Assembly (NCBI GenBank): GCA_039588295.1
Contig: JBDHAB010000007.1
Location: 32,001 to 96,000 of the forward strand
Reading direction: 5' to 3'
Length of the DNA stretch: 64,000 bases
Source: Gemmatimonadota bacterium
GTDB taxonomy: Bacteria > Gemmatimonadota > Gemmatimonadetes > Gemmatimonadales > GWC2-71-9
Shown one piece after another: positions 7,873 to 18,083 of the stretch (positions within the stretch are counted from its first letter, which is position 1; every line of letters starts with the position of its first letter). The notes under the pieces were generated by a model. It was not told the origin of the DNA and made no database searches. It saw only the letters and a program-made list of their open reading frames with translations. A program made the translations under genes and the position numbers.

Positions 7873-10551
7873 ATGAGGTCGCCTGAGGGTGTCCAACGAA
7901 GGTCGCTGACCATCGCCGGGTGCGTCGTGCTCGGCATCCTGGTCGGGAGCGCCGGGCACCTCGCCGCGCAGGAGGCAGCAGCCGCGCGGGTCAATGGCGA
8001 GGAGCCGGTCGTCGACGGCCGGTTGGAGGATCCGACCTGGCGGTACGCGATTCCCGTCGCCGACTTCTTGCAGCGCAACCCCGTCGAGGGTGCCGTCCCC
8101 AGCGAGTCGACGGAGGTGCGGTTCGCCTACACGGACCACGACCTGTACGTGGCCTTCCGCGGCTTCGACCGCCAACCCGACCGGGTGTACGGCCGTCTCG
8201 TGCGCCGCGATCAACGCGCCTCGTCCGACGACTTCAGCCTGTTTCTCGATTCCTATCACGACAAGCGAACGGCGTTCGAGTTTACCATCAACCCGTCCGG
8301 CGCGCGTCGGGATGTGCTCATTTACGACGACGGCTTTGGGCGGGACGATTCTTGGGATCCGGTCTTCGACTGGGCGACGCGACGAGACTCGCTCGGGTGG
8401 ACGGTGGAGATGCGGATCCCGTTCTCGCAGCTGCGTTTTTCGCGCCGGGATTCGCTGGTGTTCGGACTGCGGGTGCGGCGGAGCATCAACCGGCGGAATG
8501 AGGAGCTCAACTGGCCGTTCTTCCCGCGCGACCAGGCGGGCGAGGTCTCGCACTACGGCACGCTGGTGGGGCTCGTGGACGTGCCGCGGCCACAACGCCT
8601 CGAGCTGCTGCCGTACGTGGCCGGCAGCTCCAGCTTCGAGCCCTCGGAGGAGGGAAATCCGTTTGCCACGGGCCGCAACTCGAGCGGGCGCATCGGCGCC
8701 GATCTGAAGCTCGGCGTGACGAGTGGGCTCACGCTCGATCTCACGGCGAACCCCGATTTCGGACAAGTCGAAGCGGACGCCGCCGTCGTCAATCTTTCCG
8801 AATTCGAAAGCTTCTTCCCGGAGAAGCGTCCGTTCTTCGTCGAAGGAATAAACCTGTTCCAGTTCGGCCTCGCGCCGTCGGAGCGGCGCGGGTTTGGTGG
8901 CGGGGGAGGGCGCGGCGGCGAGGAAGGGCTGGTGTACACCCGCCGGATCGGCCGGGCACCGCAGGTCTCGGCGGATGACGACGAGGGATACGCGGAGGAG
9001 ATTGGTCAGACCACCATCCTGAGTGCCGCCAAGCTCAGCGGCCAAGTCGGCAGCGGGTGGTCGGTGGGACTCGCCCAGGCGGTGACCGCAAAGCAGCAGG
9101 CGGACATCGTCGACGCGGCTGGCGTCCCCGGTCAGTCGCCCGTCGAGCCGCTCACCAGCTACACGGTGTTGCGGGCTGAGCGCTCCCTGAGGAACGGCCG
9201 CCTCGCCTATGGCGCGATCGCCACGGGCACCGTGCGGCACCTGGATGAGTTGGCATTCGACGAGCTCCACTCGCGGGCGTTTACTGCCGGCCTCGATGTA
9301 GGCGGCCGCTTTGGGGGCGACGGCTATGAGTTCGCCCTCGCGCTCATGGGCTCGCGCGTCGAGGGATCCGAGGAAGCGATCCTGGAGACGCAGGAGCGCT
9401 CCGCCCGGTACTTCCAGCGGCCCGATCAGACCCACATGCGCGTCGATTCATCGCGGACGTCGCTCTCCGGGCTCGCGGCGTACGCGCGGCTCGCCAAGCC
9501 CGTTGGCTTCGTGACTTGGCGCGCGCAGGTTGCGTCGCGAAGTCCTGCCTTCGAGGTGAACGACCTGGGGTTCCAGCGGCAGGCGGACGTGCACGCACAG
9601 GAGGCGGAACTCGAGGTTCGGTGGCTCGAGCCGGGTCGCGTTTTTCGGGAGTTCTCGGTGGAGCTTCAGGAGCAAGCGAACTTCACGTACGGCTGGGAAC
9701 GCACTCAAACGACCCTCGAGTCCAGCGTGTCCGCAGAGTTTCTGAACTACTGGACGGTCGATGTGAACGTCGAACGCCGGTTCTCGGCCGACAACACCCG
9801 ACTGCTGCGTGGCGGGCCGGCCCTAGCGGAGCCGGGCGAATGGGAGCTCCGATTGAGCGGGAGGACCGACTTCCGACGCTCGTTGTGGGCACGGGCCGGG
9901 TTTAATCACAACGCCGAAGATGCGAGTGGGGCGAAGCGCTGGGGTGTGAATGGGCAAATGCGGTGGCGCCCTCCAGGGAGCTTCTCGTTCAGTCTCGAAG
10001 GGCGCGCGAGGTGGGGGGCAACGGATCGACAGTACGTCACGCAAGAGACACCGAACGACTCGACGTTCTATGTCCTGGGTCGCCTCAATCGCAAGGAAGC
10101 GTCCCTGACCTTGCGAGCCGATGTTGTGCTGTCCCCACATCTCTCCCTGGAGTTGTACGCCGAGCCGTTCGTGTCCGCGGGACGGTACGATGCACTGCGG
10201 TTGGCGGCGGACCCACGCGCCGATCGATACGCGGATCGCTTTGACCCGTTGGGTGGGGACCGAATCACCCGACCCGGCAACGAGGAGGATATCGCGGTCG
10301 ACGTGGACGTGGACGGCGTGGCGGATTTCTCTTTTTCGGAGCCGGACTTCCGCGTCGTGTCACTTCGAACCAACGCGGTCCTGCGTTGGGAGTTTCGGCC
10401 CGGCTCGACCCTGTTTCTCGTGTGGCAACAGAATCGTGGTGACGAGGTGCAGGATGCCACCCGTGGCCTGTCCGGTGGACTCGGCGACGCGTTCGGCGCA
10501 CCCGGCAGCCATGTGCTGGCCGTCAAGATCTCGTATTGGCTCGGCCTCTAG
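7873..10551 (+). CDS. DUF5916 outer-membrane protein with N-terminal CBM9-like domain
   Basis: Signal peptide; VDGRLEDPTW, WTVEMRIPFSQLRF, NPDFGQVEAD, FFPEKRPFF, VLRWEFRPGSTLFLVW, C-terminal KISYW. Confidence 0.85.
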   Translation: MRSPEGVQRRSLTIAGCVVLGILVGSAGHLAAQEAAAARVNGEEPVVDGRLEDPTWRYAIPVADFLQRNPVEGAVPSESTEVRFAYTDHDLYVAFRGFDRQPDRVYGRLVRRDQRASSDDFSLFLDSYHDKRTAFEFTINPSGARRDVLIYDDGFGRDDSWDPVFDWATRRDSLGWTVEMRIPFSQLRFSRRDSLVFGLRVRRSINRRNEELNWPFFPRDQAGEVSHYGTLVGLVDVPRPQRLELLPYVAGSSSFEPSEEGNPFATGRNSSGRIGADLKLGVTSGLTLDLTANPDFGQVEADAAVVNLSEFESFFPEKRPFFVEGINLFQFGLAPSERRGFGGGGGRGGEEGLVYTRRIGRAPQVSADDDEGYAEEIGQTTILSAAKLSGQVGSGWSVGLAQAVTAKQQADIVDAAGVPGQSPVEPLTSYTVLRAERSLRNGRLAYGAIATGTVRHLDELAFDELHSRAFTAGLDVGGRFGGDGYEFALALMGSRVEGSEEAILETQERSARYFQRPDQTHMRVDSSRTSLSGLAAYARLAKPVGFVTWRAQVASRSPAFEVNDLGFQRQADVHAQEAELEVRWLEPGRVFREFSVELQEQANFTYGWERTQTTLESSVSAEFLNYWTVDVNVERRFSADNTRLLRGGPALAEPGEWELRLSGRTDFRRSLWARAGFNHNAEDASGAKRWGVNGQMRWRPPGSFSFSLEGRARWGATDRQYVTQETPNDSTFYVLGRLNRKEASLTLRADVVLSPHLSLELYAEPFVSAGRYDALRLAADPRADRYADRFDPLGGDRITRPGNEEDIAVDVDVDGVADFSFSEPDFRVVSLRTNAVLRWEFRPGSTLFLVWQQNRGDEVQDATRGLSGGLGDAFGAPGSHVLAVKISYWLGL

Positions 10552-10590
10552 CTCGCCGCAGGTAACGGACCCTCACTCCGAGGTCGGACA

Positions 10591-12318
10591 ATGAATCGGA
10601 GACGGCTGCTGTTCCCCGTGCTGCTCGGCGTGCTCCTCGTATGGTCGTCGGACCACGCCGCGGCTCAGAGTCCCTCCGCCGCGGGAGCACGGGAGCAACC
10701 GTTCGATGTGCTGATTGCCGGTGGCCGCGTGATGGACGGCACGGGCAACCCCTGGCGCTATGCGGACGTCGGCATCCGTGGGGATCGCATTGTGGCGGTG
10801 GGCCGACTCCGAGGCGCCGCTTCCACCCGGGTCATCGATGCCCGCGGCAAGATCGTCACACCTGGATTTGTCGACATCCATTCACATGCTGACGGTCCGA
10901 AGTACGGATCCCAAGGGTTGCGGGCCAGCGACGAACGCCGGCGCGCCGCGCCGAATCTGGTGATGCAGGGCATCACGACCGTGGTCGTCAACCAGGACGG
11001 CCGCTCGCCGCGCTCGATCGCCGAGCAGCGGCAAACACTCGAGCGCTTGGGGATCGGCGTCAATGCTGCGCTGCTCATCGGTCACGGATCCGTTCGTGGG
11101 GAAGTGATGGGAAGCGATTATCGCCGCCCCGCAACGCGCGGGGAAGTCGACAGCATGCGGGTGCTGGTGCGGCGAGGTTTAGCGGAAGGGGCGTGGGGTC
11201 TTTCGGCGGGACTCGAGTACGTACCTGGCCGGTGGAGCACGACGGATGAGGTCGTCGCGTTGGTGAAGGAAACGGTGCCGCAGCAGGGTGTCTACATCGC
11301 GCATGAGCGAAGCGAGGGCGCCGATCCGATGTGGTACTGGCCGAGTCAGCACGAAGGCCGGCCACCGTCGCTGGTCGATGCGGTCCGCGAGACGATCGAG
11401 ATCGGTGAGCGGACGGGTGCCACCGTGGTCGCATCGCACATCAAGGCCAAGGGTGCGCACTACTGGGGCGCGAGCCGAGTGGTGATCCGTCTCATTGACG
11501 AGGCGCGCCGCCGCGGCGTGTCGGTCTACGCCGATCAGTATCCCTACAACACGACCGGAAGTGATGGGAGCACGGTGCTGATCCCACGCTGGGTGTTCAG
11601 TCGCGAGCGCGCCGGAGAGCCGGAAGATTATGCCGCCGCTCTTCGGGATGCCTTGTCCGTGGATTCGCTCGCGTCCATGGTCCGTTTGGATGTCGCTCAC
11701 GAGATCCGGCGCCGCGGTGGACCTCAGCACGTGGTGGTCATGGAGTACCCGATCGCGGATTGGGTGGGGCAGACCGTGGGCGACCTCGCTGCGACCCGCG
11801 GTGTCTCCGCCGTTGATATGGCCATTGTGCTGCAACTGGAGGGAGACCCCCGGCAGGCGGGAGGTGGAGCGCTCAGAGGCTTCTCGCTTTCGGAATACGA
11901 CATCGAGCCGTACGCCAAACAGGAGTGGACCGCCACGGCGACGGACGGTTGGATCAGCCTGCCGGAGGATGGGCTCACGCACGCGCGGGTCTACGGAACG
12001 TTCCCACGGAAGATCAGGCGCTACGCGATCGAACGGGAGTTGATGACCATCGAGCAGGCAGTGCGATCCTCGACCTCGCTTCCAGCTGCGATCATGGGAT
12101 TCGCCGACCGGGGCGCGCTGGTCGAGGGCCATGCGGCCGACATCGTCGTCTTCGACCCCGAATCGATCGCGGACAACGCCACGTTCTTCGACCCGCATCG
12201 CTATCCAAGCGGAATGGAGTACGTGCTGGTGAACGGACGCTTCGTGGTGGATGGCGGCGAACCCACATGGGCCCTTCCTGGGCGAGTGCTCACGCACGAG
12301 GGCAGCTTGGGGCGGTAA
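10591..12318 (+). CDS. Secreted N-acyl-D-amino-acid deacylase family amidohydrolase
   Basis: Signal peptide; PGFVDIHSH, QGITTVV, GLEYVPG, DQYPY, HARVYGTFPR, ADIVVFDP. Confidence 0.85.
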   Translation: MNRRRLLFPVLLGVLLVWSSDHAAAQSPSAAGAREQPFDVLIAGGRVMDGTGNPWRYADVGIRGDRIVAVGRLRGAASTRVIDARGKIVTPGFVDIHSHADGPKYGSQGLRASDERRRAAPNLVMQGITTVVVNQDGRSPRSIAEQRQTLERLGIGVNAALLIGHGSVRGEVMGSDYRRPATRGEVDSMRVLVRRGLAEGAWGLSAGLEYVPGRWSTTDEVVALVKETVPQQGVYIAHERSEGADPMWYWPSQHEGRPPSLVDAVRETIEIGERTGATVVASHIKAKGAHYWGASRVVIRLIDEARRRGVSVYADQYPYNTTGSDGSTVLIPRWVFSRERAGEPEDYAAALRDALSVDSLASMVRLDVAHEIRRRGGPQHVVVMEYPIADWVGQTVGDLAATRGVSAVDMAIVLQLEGDPRQAGGGALRGFSLSEYDIEPYAKQEWTATATDGWISLPEDGLTHARVYGTFPRKIRRYAIERELMTIEQAVRSSTSLPAAIMGFADRGALVEGHAADIVVFDPESIADNATFFDPHRYPSGMEYVLVNGRFVVDGGEPTWALPGRVLTHEGSLGR

Positions 12319-12428
12319 CGCATGAGGACGGCCACCCCTGCGATGCTGTGCGTCGGTCGTGCAGATTCACAACCGGCGACGCGAGGACCGTCGCATTCTC
12401 TCTTTCTGGCTTCTCCCTTGCTCCCTCT

Positions 12429-14873
12429 CTAGAACCCTCCTTGCCCGATCGGCGTCCCCGGCGGTGCGGGGCGCGATGTGCTTCGCGAGGTACCGGGGTC
12501 GCGTCGGTTGAGAAAGCGTTCGATGTCCGACCACACGAGCGCCAGGTGGGCCTGCTCGGCCGGCTGCCGAGGCTCGGTCTGCTGGATCTGGTCGTACAAC
12601 CGCCGTAACCCCCACTCGGCAGCGGCGCGCGCTTCGACCGTCGCCGCTGCATTGCCTGCCAGATCGAGCAGCGCGTCGACGAAGGCGCGCTGGACCACAC
12701 GTCTGAGCGGTGTCCACCCTGGGCCGTCCTGGGCACCCCACGTGTTGTCGCTGACGCGCGCGATGACCTCCTGCGGCGTCGGCACGTTGGGATCTCTCGC
12801 ATTGAGCGCGATCAGTCGAGCGATGCGGCGGCGGTCCAACAGGTTCTCGAGGGTCATGGTGGCGAGGATCCGGGCTGCACCGATCTGATCGAACGCGGGA
12901 TAGGCGTCCGAGGCAAAGAACCATTGGTCGGTCGCCGTGCCGTAAGCGCGGGGGGCCATGAGCGCGAGCACCCGCTCGGGAATGGCCAGGGCAGTGGGTT
13001 CCAGGGCGTCTAGCACGAGTTCCAGCGCACGGCGCTGGCGTTCCGGCGGAATGATCTTTGTTGGGGGCAGGCCGTCTCCGCGGACGGCGTAGCGGAACTC
13101 CATGCCACCGATCGCTTTGATTGCCGCTTCCAGGGTGTACCGGTGATGCAGATACACGGGCACCAGTCGATAGTTGAGCCACACCATGGGTTCTCCGTCT
13201 TGGAGGGCGCGCTCGTCGAACTGCTCGAGGAGCACCCGTCGCACCTCCATTACCCGCGCGAGTTCCTCCACGGCGTCAGCGCCGTTAATCCACTGCGTCA
13301 CCTCGGGATATGATCCCGACGCGGCATTATCACCGTCGGTGTTGAACTTGATGCCACGTCGTAACGCCTCCTCCACGATGGCCCGAAGACCCGTTTCCCC
13401 ATCGTCAGGGAATTCCGTGTATGCGTACCGCACGGCAATGGAGTCGTAGGCCCCCGGCCCGTCGCGGTACGCGTCACTCAAATCGATGCTGCCGTCGGTG
13501 AGCTTGATGAGCGGCGCGGGATAGTCCATCACGGAGGCGCGGCCGTAACTCGCTGCGATGAAGTTGTGGGCGAGGCCCAGCGTGTGGCCGACCTCGTGCG
13601 CGGCGTGCTGGCGCCGCCGCGCCATGGCGAACTCCTCACCGCTCGCGCGCGGGTCGAGTGTCGCCAGCCAGTCGGTGATCTCGAATGCCGACGCTTCAGC
13701 GGAGGTCGGAAGCGTTCCCGCGTAGATGTTGAAGTCGGTGAGCGACCGATAGGAATCCATCCGCACCGCCGCTTTGATGATCTCCCCCGTACGCGGATCC
13801 ACAAAGCTCGGCCCGATGGAGAACCCGGGGTCACTGCGGTGGACCCACTGAATCACGTTGTAGCGTGCGTCCATCGGGTCCATGGTGTCCGGCATGTCCA
13901 CGACTCGGAAGGCGTTGGAGAACCCCGCCGCCTCGAACACGTCGCTCCACCACGCCGCGCCGTCGCGGAACGCGGATCGGTACGGCTCGGAAATGCCCGT
14001 GTCCAGGTAGTACACGATGGGTTCGATCGGTTCGGACTGCGGTGCCGCTGGATCCTTCTTTTGCAGGCGGTGACGCGCGACGTAGCGCACTCGGTAGCGC
14101 TGGTCCAAGGAGCGCGAGAAATCGTAGAACGACACCGCGGAGTTGCCGATTCGCGGGTCGGCGCGACGCGGGACGAATCCGTCATCGGGCAGCTTCACCA
14201 AGGAGTGGTGCTGGCGGAGGGTGATCGCGCGGCCGTCTGGCGCGTTGGCCCTCACGATGGGACCCGAACGGTCGGAGGTGAACGTGATGGACGCCTCCAC
14301 CTCGGTGTTGATCGGAAACGCCCTGGTTCTCGGGAGGTAGATGGCGCTCCGGACTCGACTCGGGGTGTAGGTCCCTTGCTCCGTGGCGCGAAGGCGCTGC
14401 GCCACCCCCATGTGGTCGGCCATGAAGTGCGAAGTGGCATCGACCAACACGCGACCGTCTTCCTCGGCCAGGATCTCGAAGGCGGCGATCGTGGAGACCA
14501 CGAACGACTCCTCGACGGACCGGCGCAGCGCGGCATTCTCCGAGTTCGCGGCGCGAAACCGCGGATTGGTCCAGACGAGAAACACCTGCGGGCCCACGCG
14601 CTCAAATCGTGCGATCGCCTCATCGCCGATCATCCCGCGATCGAGGCCCAGCGGTACACTGCCCATGCCGGTAGCGAGCGAGGTGAGATAGAGGAACGGT
14701 TCGTCGAGTCGCGGGATCTCGAGCAGGAGTGTGGCGTCATCCGCATTCCAATAGAGCGGGAAGTACCCGTCTCGCTTCTCAAGATCCTTGGTGTACTCGC
14801 GGATGGACTGCTGTGCCGCCAGGCTCGCGGGCAGGAGTGCGGCGATGATGAGGAGCGCGGCGTTGCGAAACAT
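12429..14873 (-). CDS. Secreted zinc metalloprotease (DUF5117/DUF4953 met-zincin)
   Basis: Signal peptide MFRNAALL; HEVGHTLGLAHN and SVMDY Met-turn. Confidence 0.9.
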   Translation of the reverse strand: MFRNAALLIIAALLPASLAAQQSIREYTKDLEKRDGYFPLYWNADDATLLLEIPRLDEPFLYLTSLATGMGSVPLGLDRGMIGDEAIARFERVGPQVFLVWTNPRFRAANSENAALRRSVEESFVVSTIAAFEILAEEDGRVLVDATSHFMADHMGVAQRLRATEQGTYTPSRVRSAIYLPRTRAFPINTEVEASITFTSDRSGPIVRANAPDGRAITLRQHHSLVKLPDDGFVPRRADPRIGNSAVSFYDFSRSLDQRYRVRYVARHRLQKKDPAAPQSEPIEPIVYYLDTGISEPYRSAFRDGAAWWSDVFEAAGFSNAFRVVDMPDTMDPMDARYNVIQWVHRSDPGFSIGPSFVDPRTGEIIKAAVRMDSYRSLTDFNIYAGTLPTSAEASAFEITDWLATLDPRASGEEFAMARRRQHAAHEVGHTLGLAHNFIAASYGRASVMDYPAPLIKLTDGSIDLSDAYRDGPGAYDSIAVRYAYTEFPDDGETGLRAIVEEALRRGIKFNTDGDNAASGSYPEVTQWINGADAVEELARVMEVRRVLLEQFDERALQDGEPMVWLNYRLVPVYLHHRYTLEAAIKAIGGMEFRYAVRGDGLPPTKIIPPERQRRALELVLDALEPTALAIPERVLALMAPRAYGTATDQWFFASDAYPAFDQIGAARILATMTLENLLDRRRIARLIALNARDPNVPTPQEVIARVSDNTWGAQDGPGWTPLRRVVQRAFVDALLDLAGNAAATVEARAAAEWGLRRLYDQIQQTEPRQPAEQAHLALVWSDIERFLNRRDPGTSRSTSRPAPPGTPIGQGGF

Positions 14874-15013
14874 GGGACCTCCGGAACTGATGAGCGCCAG
14901 AAAGGAATGGGCAAAGTTCGCACAGTGCTTGGGTCGCAGGAACCCGGCAGCGACGGTGGGCACGGGCTGACTCGCTAGATTAGGCAGGTCGCCGGTCGGA
15001 GGATCGCTCACTG

Positions 15014-15565
15014 ATGCATGGTTGGGTTGGCAGGGTGGCGGCGCTGCTGCTGGCGGGGGCTGTGATGGCCGTTCCACAGGACGTGGAGGCACAACGGCTC
15101 CGGGTAGGGGCGAACATTCGCGGGCCGGCCAGACCTGGCCCCGAACTGGGGATCCGAGGTGGCTACGGCTTCGATGCAGAAGCCGTGTCGCTAGGTGGCC
15201 AGCTCCGCCTTCCCATCGGGCCGTTCATCGAGATCGTGCCCAGCGGCGATTACTTCTTGGCCGGCGACCAAACGGCCTGGCAGGCCAACCTCGATCTGGC
15301 GGTGCGCACCGGGTTTCGGCAGGTCCTGTACGCCGGCGTCGGGGGGGCGCTCGCCCACAGGGCATTTGAGATCCAAGGGATCGCCATCTTTCCGGAAGAC
15401 ACCAAGCTCGGTCTCAATCTGTTCGCCGGCGCATCCATTCCACGATTCCTCCGCACACGGATCCGACCCTACATCGAGGCGCGGTGGACCTTCGTGAGTG
15501 ACTTCGACGCGCAGTTCGACCTCGTGCTCGGTGTGAACTACGTTCTGAACGAGGGCCAGCCCTGA
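15014..15565 (+). CDS. Small outer-membrane beta-barrel protein
   Basis: GGAGG SD; signal peptide ending VEA-Q; alternating amphipathic strands, near-terminal LGVNY. Confidence 0.65.
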   Translation: MHGWVGRVAALLLAGAVMAVPQDVEAQRLRVGANIRGPARPGPELGIRGGYGFDAEAVSLGGQLRLPIGPFIEIVPSGDYFLAGDQTAWQANLDLAVRTGFRQVLYAGVGGALAHRAFEIQGIAIFPEDTKLGLNLFAGASIPRFLRTRIRPYIEARWTFVSDFDAQFDLVLGVNYVLNEGQP

Positions 15566-15653
15566 GCCCACCGGCGTGGCGTGGGATGATTCCTGAAGCG
15601 TCGTCGCGCGAGGCCCCCCTCGAGCCACCGACGCACCGGGGCAGAAACGCCCA

Positions 15654-15682
15654 GGGCCGGCCGACTGACGCCGACCGGCCCC
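15654..15682 (-). terminator. Hairpin between convergent genes; likely fasciclin terminator
   Basis: Minus strand gggccggtcggc-gtca-gtcggccggccc (with G-U pairs), then ggcgtttct. Confidence 0.45.
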
Positions 15683-15705
15683 AACCAATCCACTGAGTTT
15701 GCCGC

Positions 15706-16200
15706 CTACTGGGGCGGGAGCAACACCTTGTCGATCACGTGGATCACGCCGTTCGACGCCAGCACGTCGGTCTGCGTCACGGTTGCGTCATTGATCTGGA
15801 CCCCGCTGGTCGCGTCGATCGTGACATCCATTCCCTGGAGCGTGGTCGCGCTGGTGAGGTTCACGACATCGGCTGCGAACACTTCGCCGGCCACGACGTG
15901 GTAGAGCAGGATGTCGGCCAATGCGGTCGGATCCTGCAGCAGTGCGTCGAGCGTTCCCGCCGGCAGGGCGGCAAACGCAGCGTCGGTAGGAGCAAACAGC
16001 GTGAACGGCCCGTCGTTCGCCAGCGTGGCGTCCAGGTTCGCCGCCTGGGCCGCAGCGATGAGCGTGTTGAAGGTGCCTGCCGTTGCGGCCGTCTCGACGA
16101 GATTCTGCAGCTCGGCCTCTTGGGCATCGTCGCATGCAGCGGTGGCAAGTGTGAGACCCAGGATGCCAGCAGTGGCGAGGCGCGTGGCGAAGTTGCGCAT
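15706..16200 (-). CDS. Fasciclin (FAS1) domain lipoprotein
   Basis: Lipobox-like [44 protein letters not shown]. Confidence 0.92.
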   Translation of the reverse strand: MRNFATRLATAGILGLTLATAACDDAQEAELQNLVETAATAGTFNTLIAAAQAANLDATLANDGPFTLFAPTDAAFAALPAGTLDALLQDPTALADILLYHVVAGEVFAADVVNLTSATTLQGMDVTIDATSGVQINDATVTQTDVLASNGVIHVIDKVLLPPQ

Positions 16201-16265
16201 GTGACCCTCCGAGTTGTGCTAAGTGGTTGACCTGCAAATGGTTACCGATTTAGACCATCGAGCGA

Positions 16266-16325
16266 TTGTCTACTACATGTCCAAGACAATAAGTGCGAAT
16301 GAGCTTCCTGTCAATCGTTTGTCCA
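16266..16325 (-). promoter_or_regulatory. Sigma70-type promoter (TTGACA-17-TATTGT) overlapped by 11-bp-spaced TnGACA repeats (CarH/LitR-like operator)
   Basis: -35 TTGACA at 16314-16309; -10 TATTGT at 16291-16286; hexamers at 16267, 16278, 16309 and 16320. Confidence 0.6.
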
Positions 16326-16424
16326 TATACGAATGCTACAACAACTGAACAGGGTGCATTTGCCAGGCGGGAATCTTCCGCTAGGTTGGGCGGCGGCAGT
16401 TCGTCGCTAGCTTGGAGTGAACTC

Positions 16425-17453
16425 GTGGATTCCCTGGTGCTGGTTCTTCTGCTTCTCCTTGCCGCCGCGATTGCGGCGGTCGCGGCCCTGGCGTTCCGGG
16501 GCGGCGCGTCTTCGCTGCAGGTCCAGCTCGGTGAGCTACGGTCCCGGCTGGATGATCTGGTGCGAGCGCAACAGGAGCTCCCGCGTGCGGTAGCGGAGGG
16601 AGCTGCGGAGCAGGCGCGGTCGCTTGCCGATGTGGGCGAGCGCCTTGGGCGGCTGGCGGAGGTCACAACTCGGCTCGAGGAGATGGGACGATCCGTCACC
16701 GCGGTCGAAGAACTGCTCAAGGTGCCGCGGCTCCGGGGGACGCTCGGGGAAGTGTGGTTGGAGGAACTGCTGCGCCAGGTGTTCCCGCCCAACCTCTACC
16801 GGATGCAGCACGGCTACCGATCGGGGGCGCGGGTGGACGCCGTGGTCAAGATTGGTGACCGGCTGGTACCGATCGATTCCAAATTCCCGTTGGAGGCGTG
16901 CCAACGGATGTTGGCGAGCGACGGCGCCAGGGCCGACCGGGAACGCCGGGCGTTCCGCCGATCACTGCGGGATCGCGTGGACGAGATCGCAGACAAGTAC
17001 ATCCGGCCCGAAGAAGGCACCTTCGATTTCGCCTTCATGTATGTGCCGGCGGAAGCCGTGTACTATGAGGCCGTGGTCCAGGAACAGGCTTCTGACGACA
17101 GTGAGAGCCTGGTGGCCTATGCGCTCCGACGCCACGTGATCCCGGTTTCGCCGCACACATTCTACGCCTACCTCGCGGCGGTGCTTCATGGCCTCCGGGG
17201 ACTCGAAGTGGAGCAGCGCGCGCGCGAGATCCAGTCGGAACTCGGCGGGCTGCACCAACAGATCGATCGATTTCAACGTGCTTACGAGCTGGTGGGGCGT
17301 CATCTGGAGCATGCGGCCAAGCAGTACGCGGAATCGGAGCGGCAGCTCGTGTCGGTTCGCGCGCGGTTGACGGCGCTGACGGCGGTTGGCGCCGACGCCG
17401 AGCTCGGCCCGCCGGCAGGCGTGTCCCCCGACCGACCATCGTCCAGCGGGTAG
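16425..17453 (+). CDS. rmuC: DNA recombination protein RmuC family
   Basis: N-terminal TM plus coiled coil; RGTLGEVWL, PIDSKFP, KYIRPEEGTFDFAFMYVPAE, VSPHT. Confidence 0.88.
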   Translation: MDSLVLVLLLLLAAAIAAVAALAFRGGASSLQVQLGELRSRLDDLVRAQQELPRAVAEGAAEQARSLADVGERLGRLAEVTTRLEEMGRSVTAVEELLKVPRLRGTLGEVWLEELLRQVFPPNLYRMQHGYRSGARVDAVVKIGDRLVPIDSKFPLEACQRMLASDGARADRERRAFRRSLRDRVDEIADKYIRPEEGTFDFAFMYVPAEAVYYEAVVQEQASDDSESLVAYALRRHVIPVSPHTFYAYLAAVLHGLRGLEVEQRAREIQSELGGLHQQIDRFQRAYELVGRHLEHAAKQYAESERQLVSVRARLTALTAVGADAELGPPAGVSPDRPSSSG

Positions 17454-17522
17454 CGCCGCCCGCTGTGCGGGCCCGCCGCCCCACCACTCGCATGATACAC
17501 CGAAGCAGAGAAGGAACCTTTA

Positions 17523-18056
17523 ATGTCTCTTCACCTTGGGCTCACGGTCAGAACGCTAGTTGTACTCGCTGCGTGCAGTGCTGCGCCCGTTGCCGCGCAA
17601 ACGGAGCGGGGGGAATCTCCCTGCCGCGGGCAGGCGGTGTATCGACAGTTCGATTTTTGGGTGGGGGAGTGGGACGTGTTCGCTCCGGACGGCAAGGCGG
17701 CAGGCACCAACCGAATTGCGAAGTTGGCGAACGGGTGCCTCCTCCTCGAGAACTGGACGAGTGTCGCAGGCGGCACCGGGAAGAGCATCAACTACTACAA
17801 CCCCGCCAGGGGCAAGTGGGTGCAGACGTGGGTGGACGGGCACGGAGGCATCATCGAGGTGGAGGGGGTGTTCGCCGACGGCGTGATGCGTTTCGAGGGC
17901 GTGCACATCTACCCCGATGGCCGTCGCGAAGCCTACCGCATGAGTTTCACCCCGCACAACGATGGATCGGTCCGCCAGTTCATCGAGCAATCGAAGGATG
18001 ATGGGACGTCGTGGTACGTCTGGTTTGACGGGAAGTACGTGAGGCAGCGGCACTGA
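17523..18056 (+). CDS. Exported hypothetical beta-barrel protein (DUF1579-like)
   Basis: Signal peptide; RQFDFWVGEWDV, WVQTWVD, EQSKDDGTSW. Confidence 0.65.
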   Translation: MSLHLGLTVRTLVVLAACSAAPVAAQTERGESPCRGQAVYRQFDFWVGEWDVFAPDGKAAGTNRIAKLANGCLLLENWTSVAGGTGKSINYYNPARGKWVQTWVDGHGGIIEVEGVFADGVMRFEGVHIYPDGRREAYRMSFTPHNDGSVRQFIEQSKDDGTSWYVWFDGKYVRQRH

Positions 18057-18083
18057 CCATCTGAGCGAGGAGCCTGGAGTCTC

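Noticed and set aside
7834..9435. Long antisense ORFs (also 13566-14978, 20947-22257, 25786-27174, 35988-37634, 45641-46975, 53116-54471)
   Set aside because: Shadow frames opposite well-supported genes; expected from high-GC codon bias, with no family motifs
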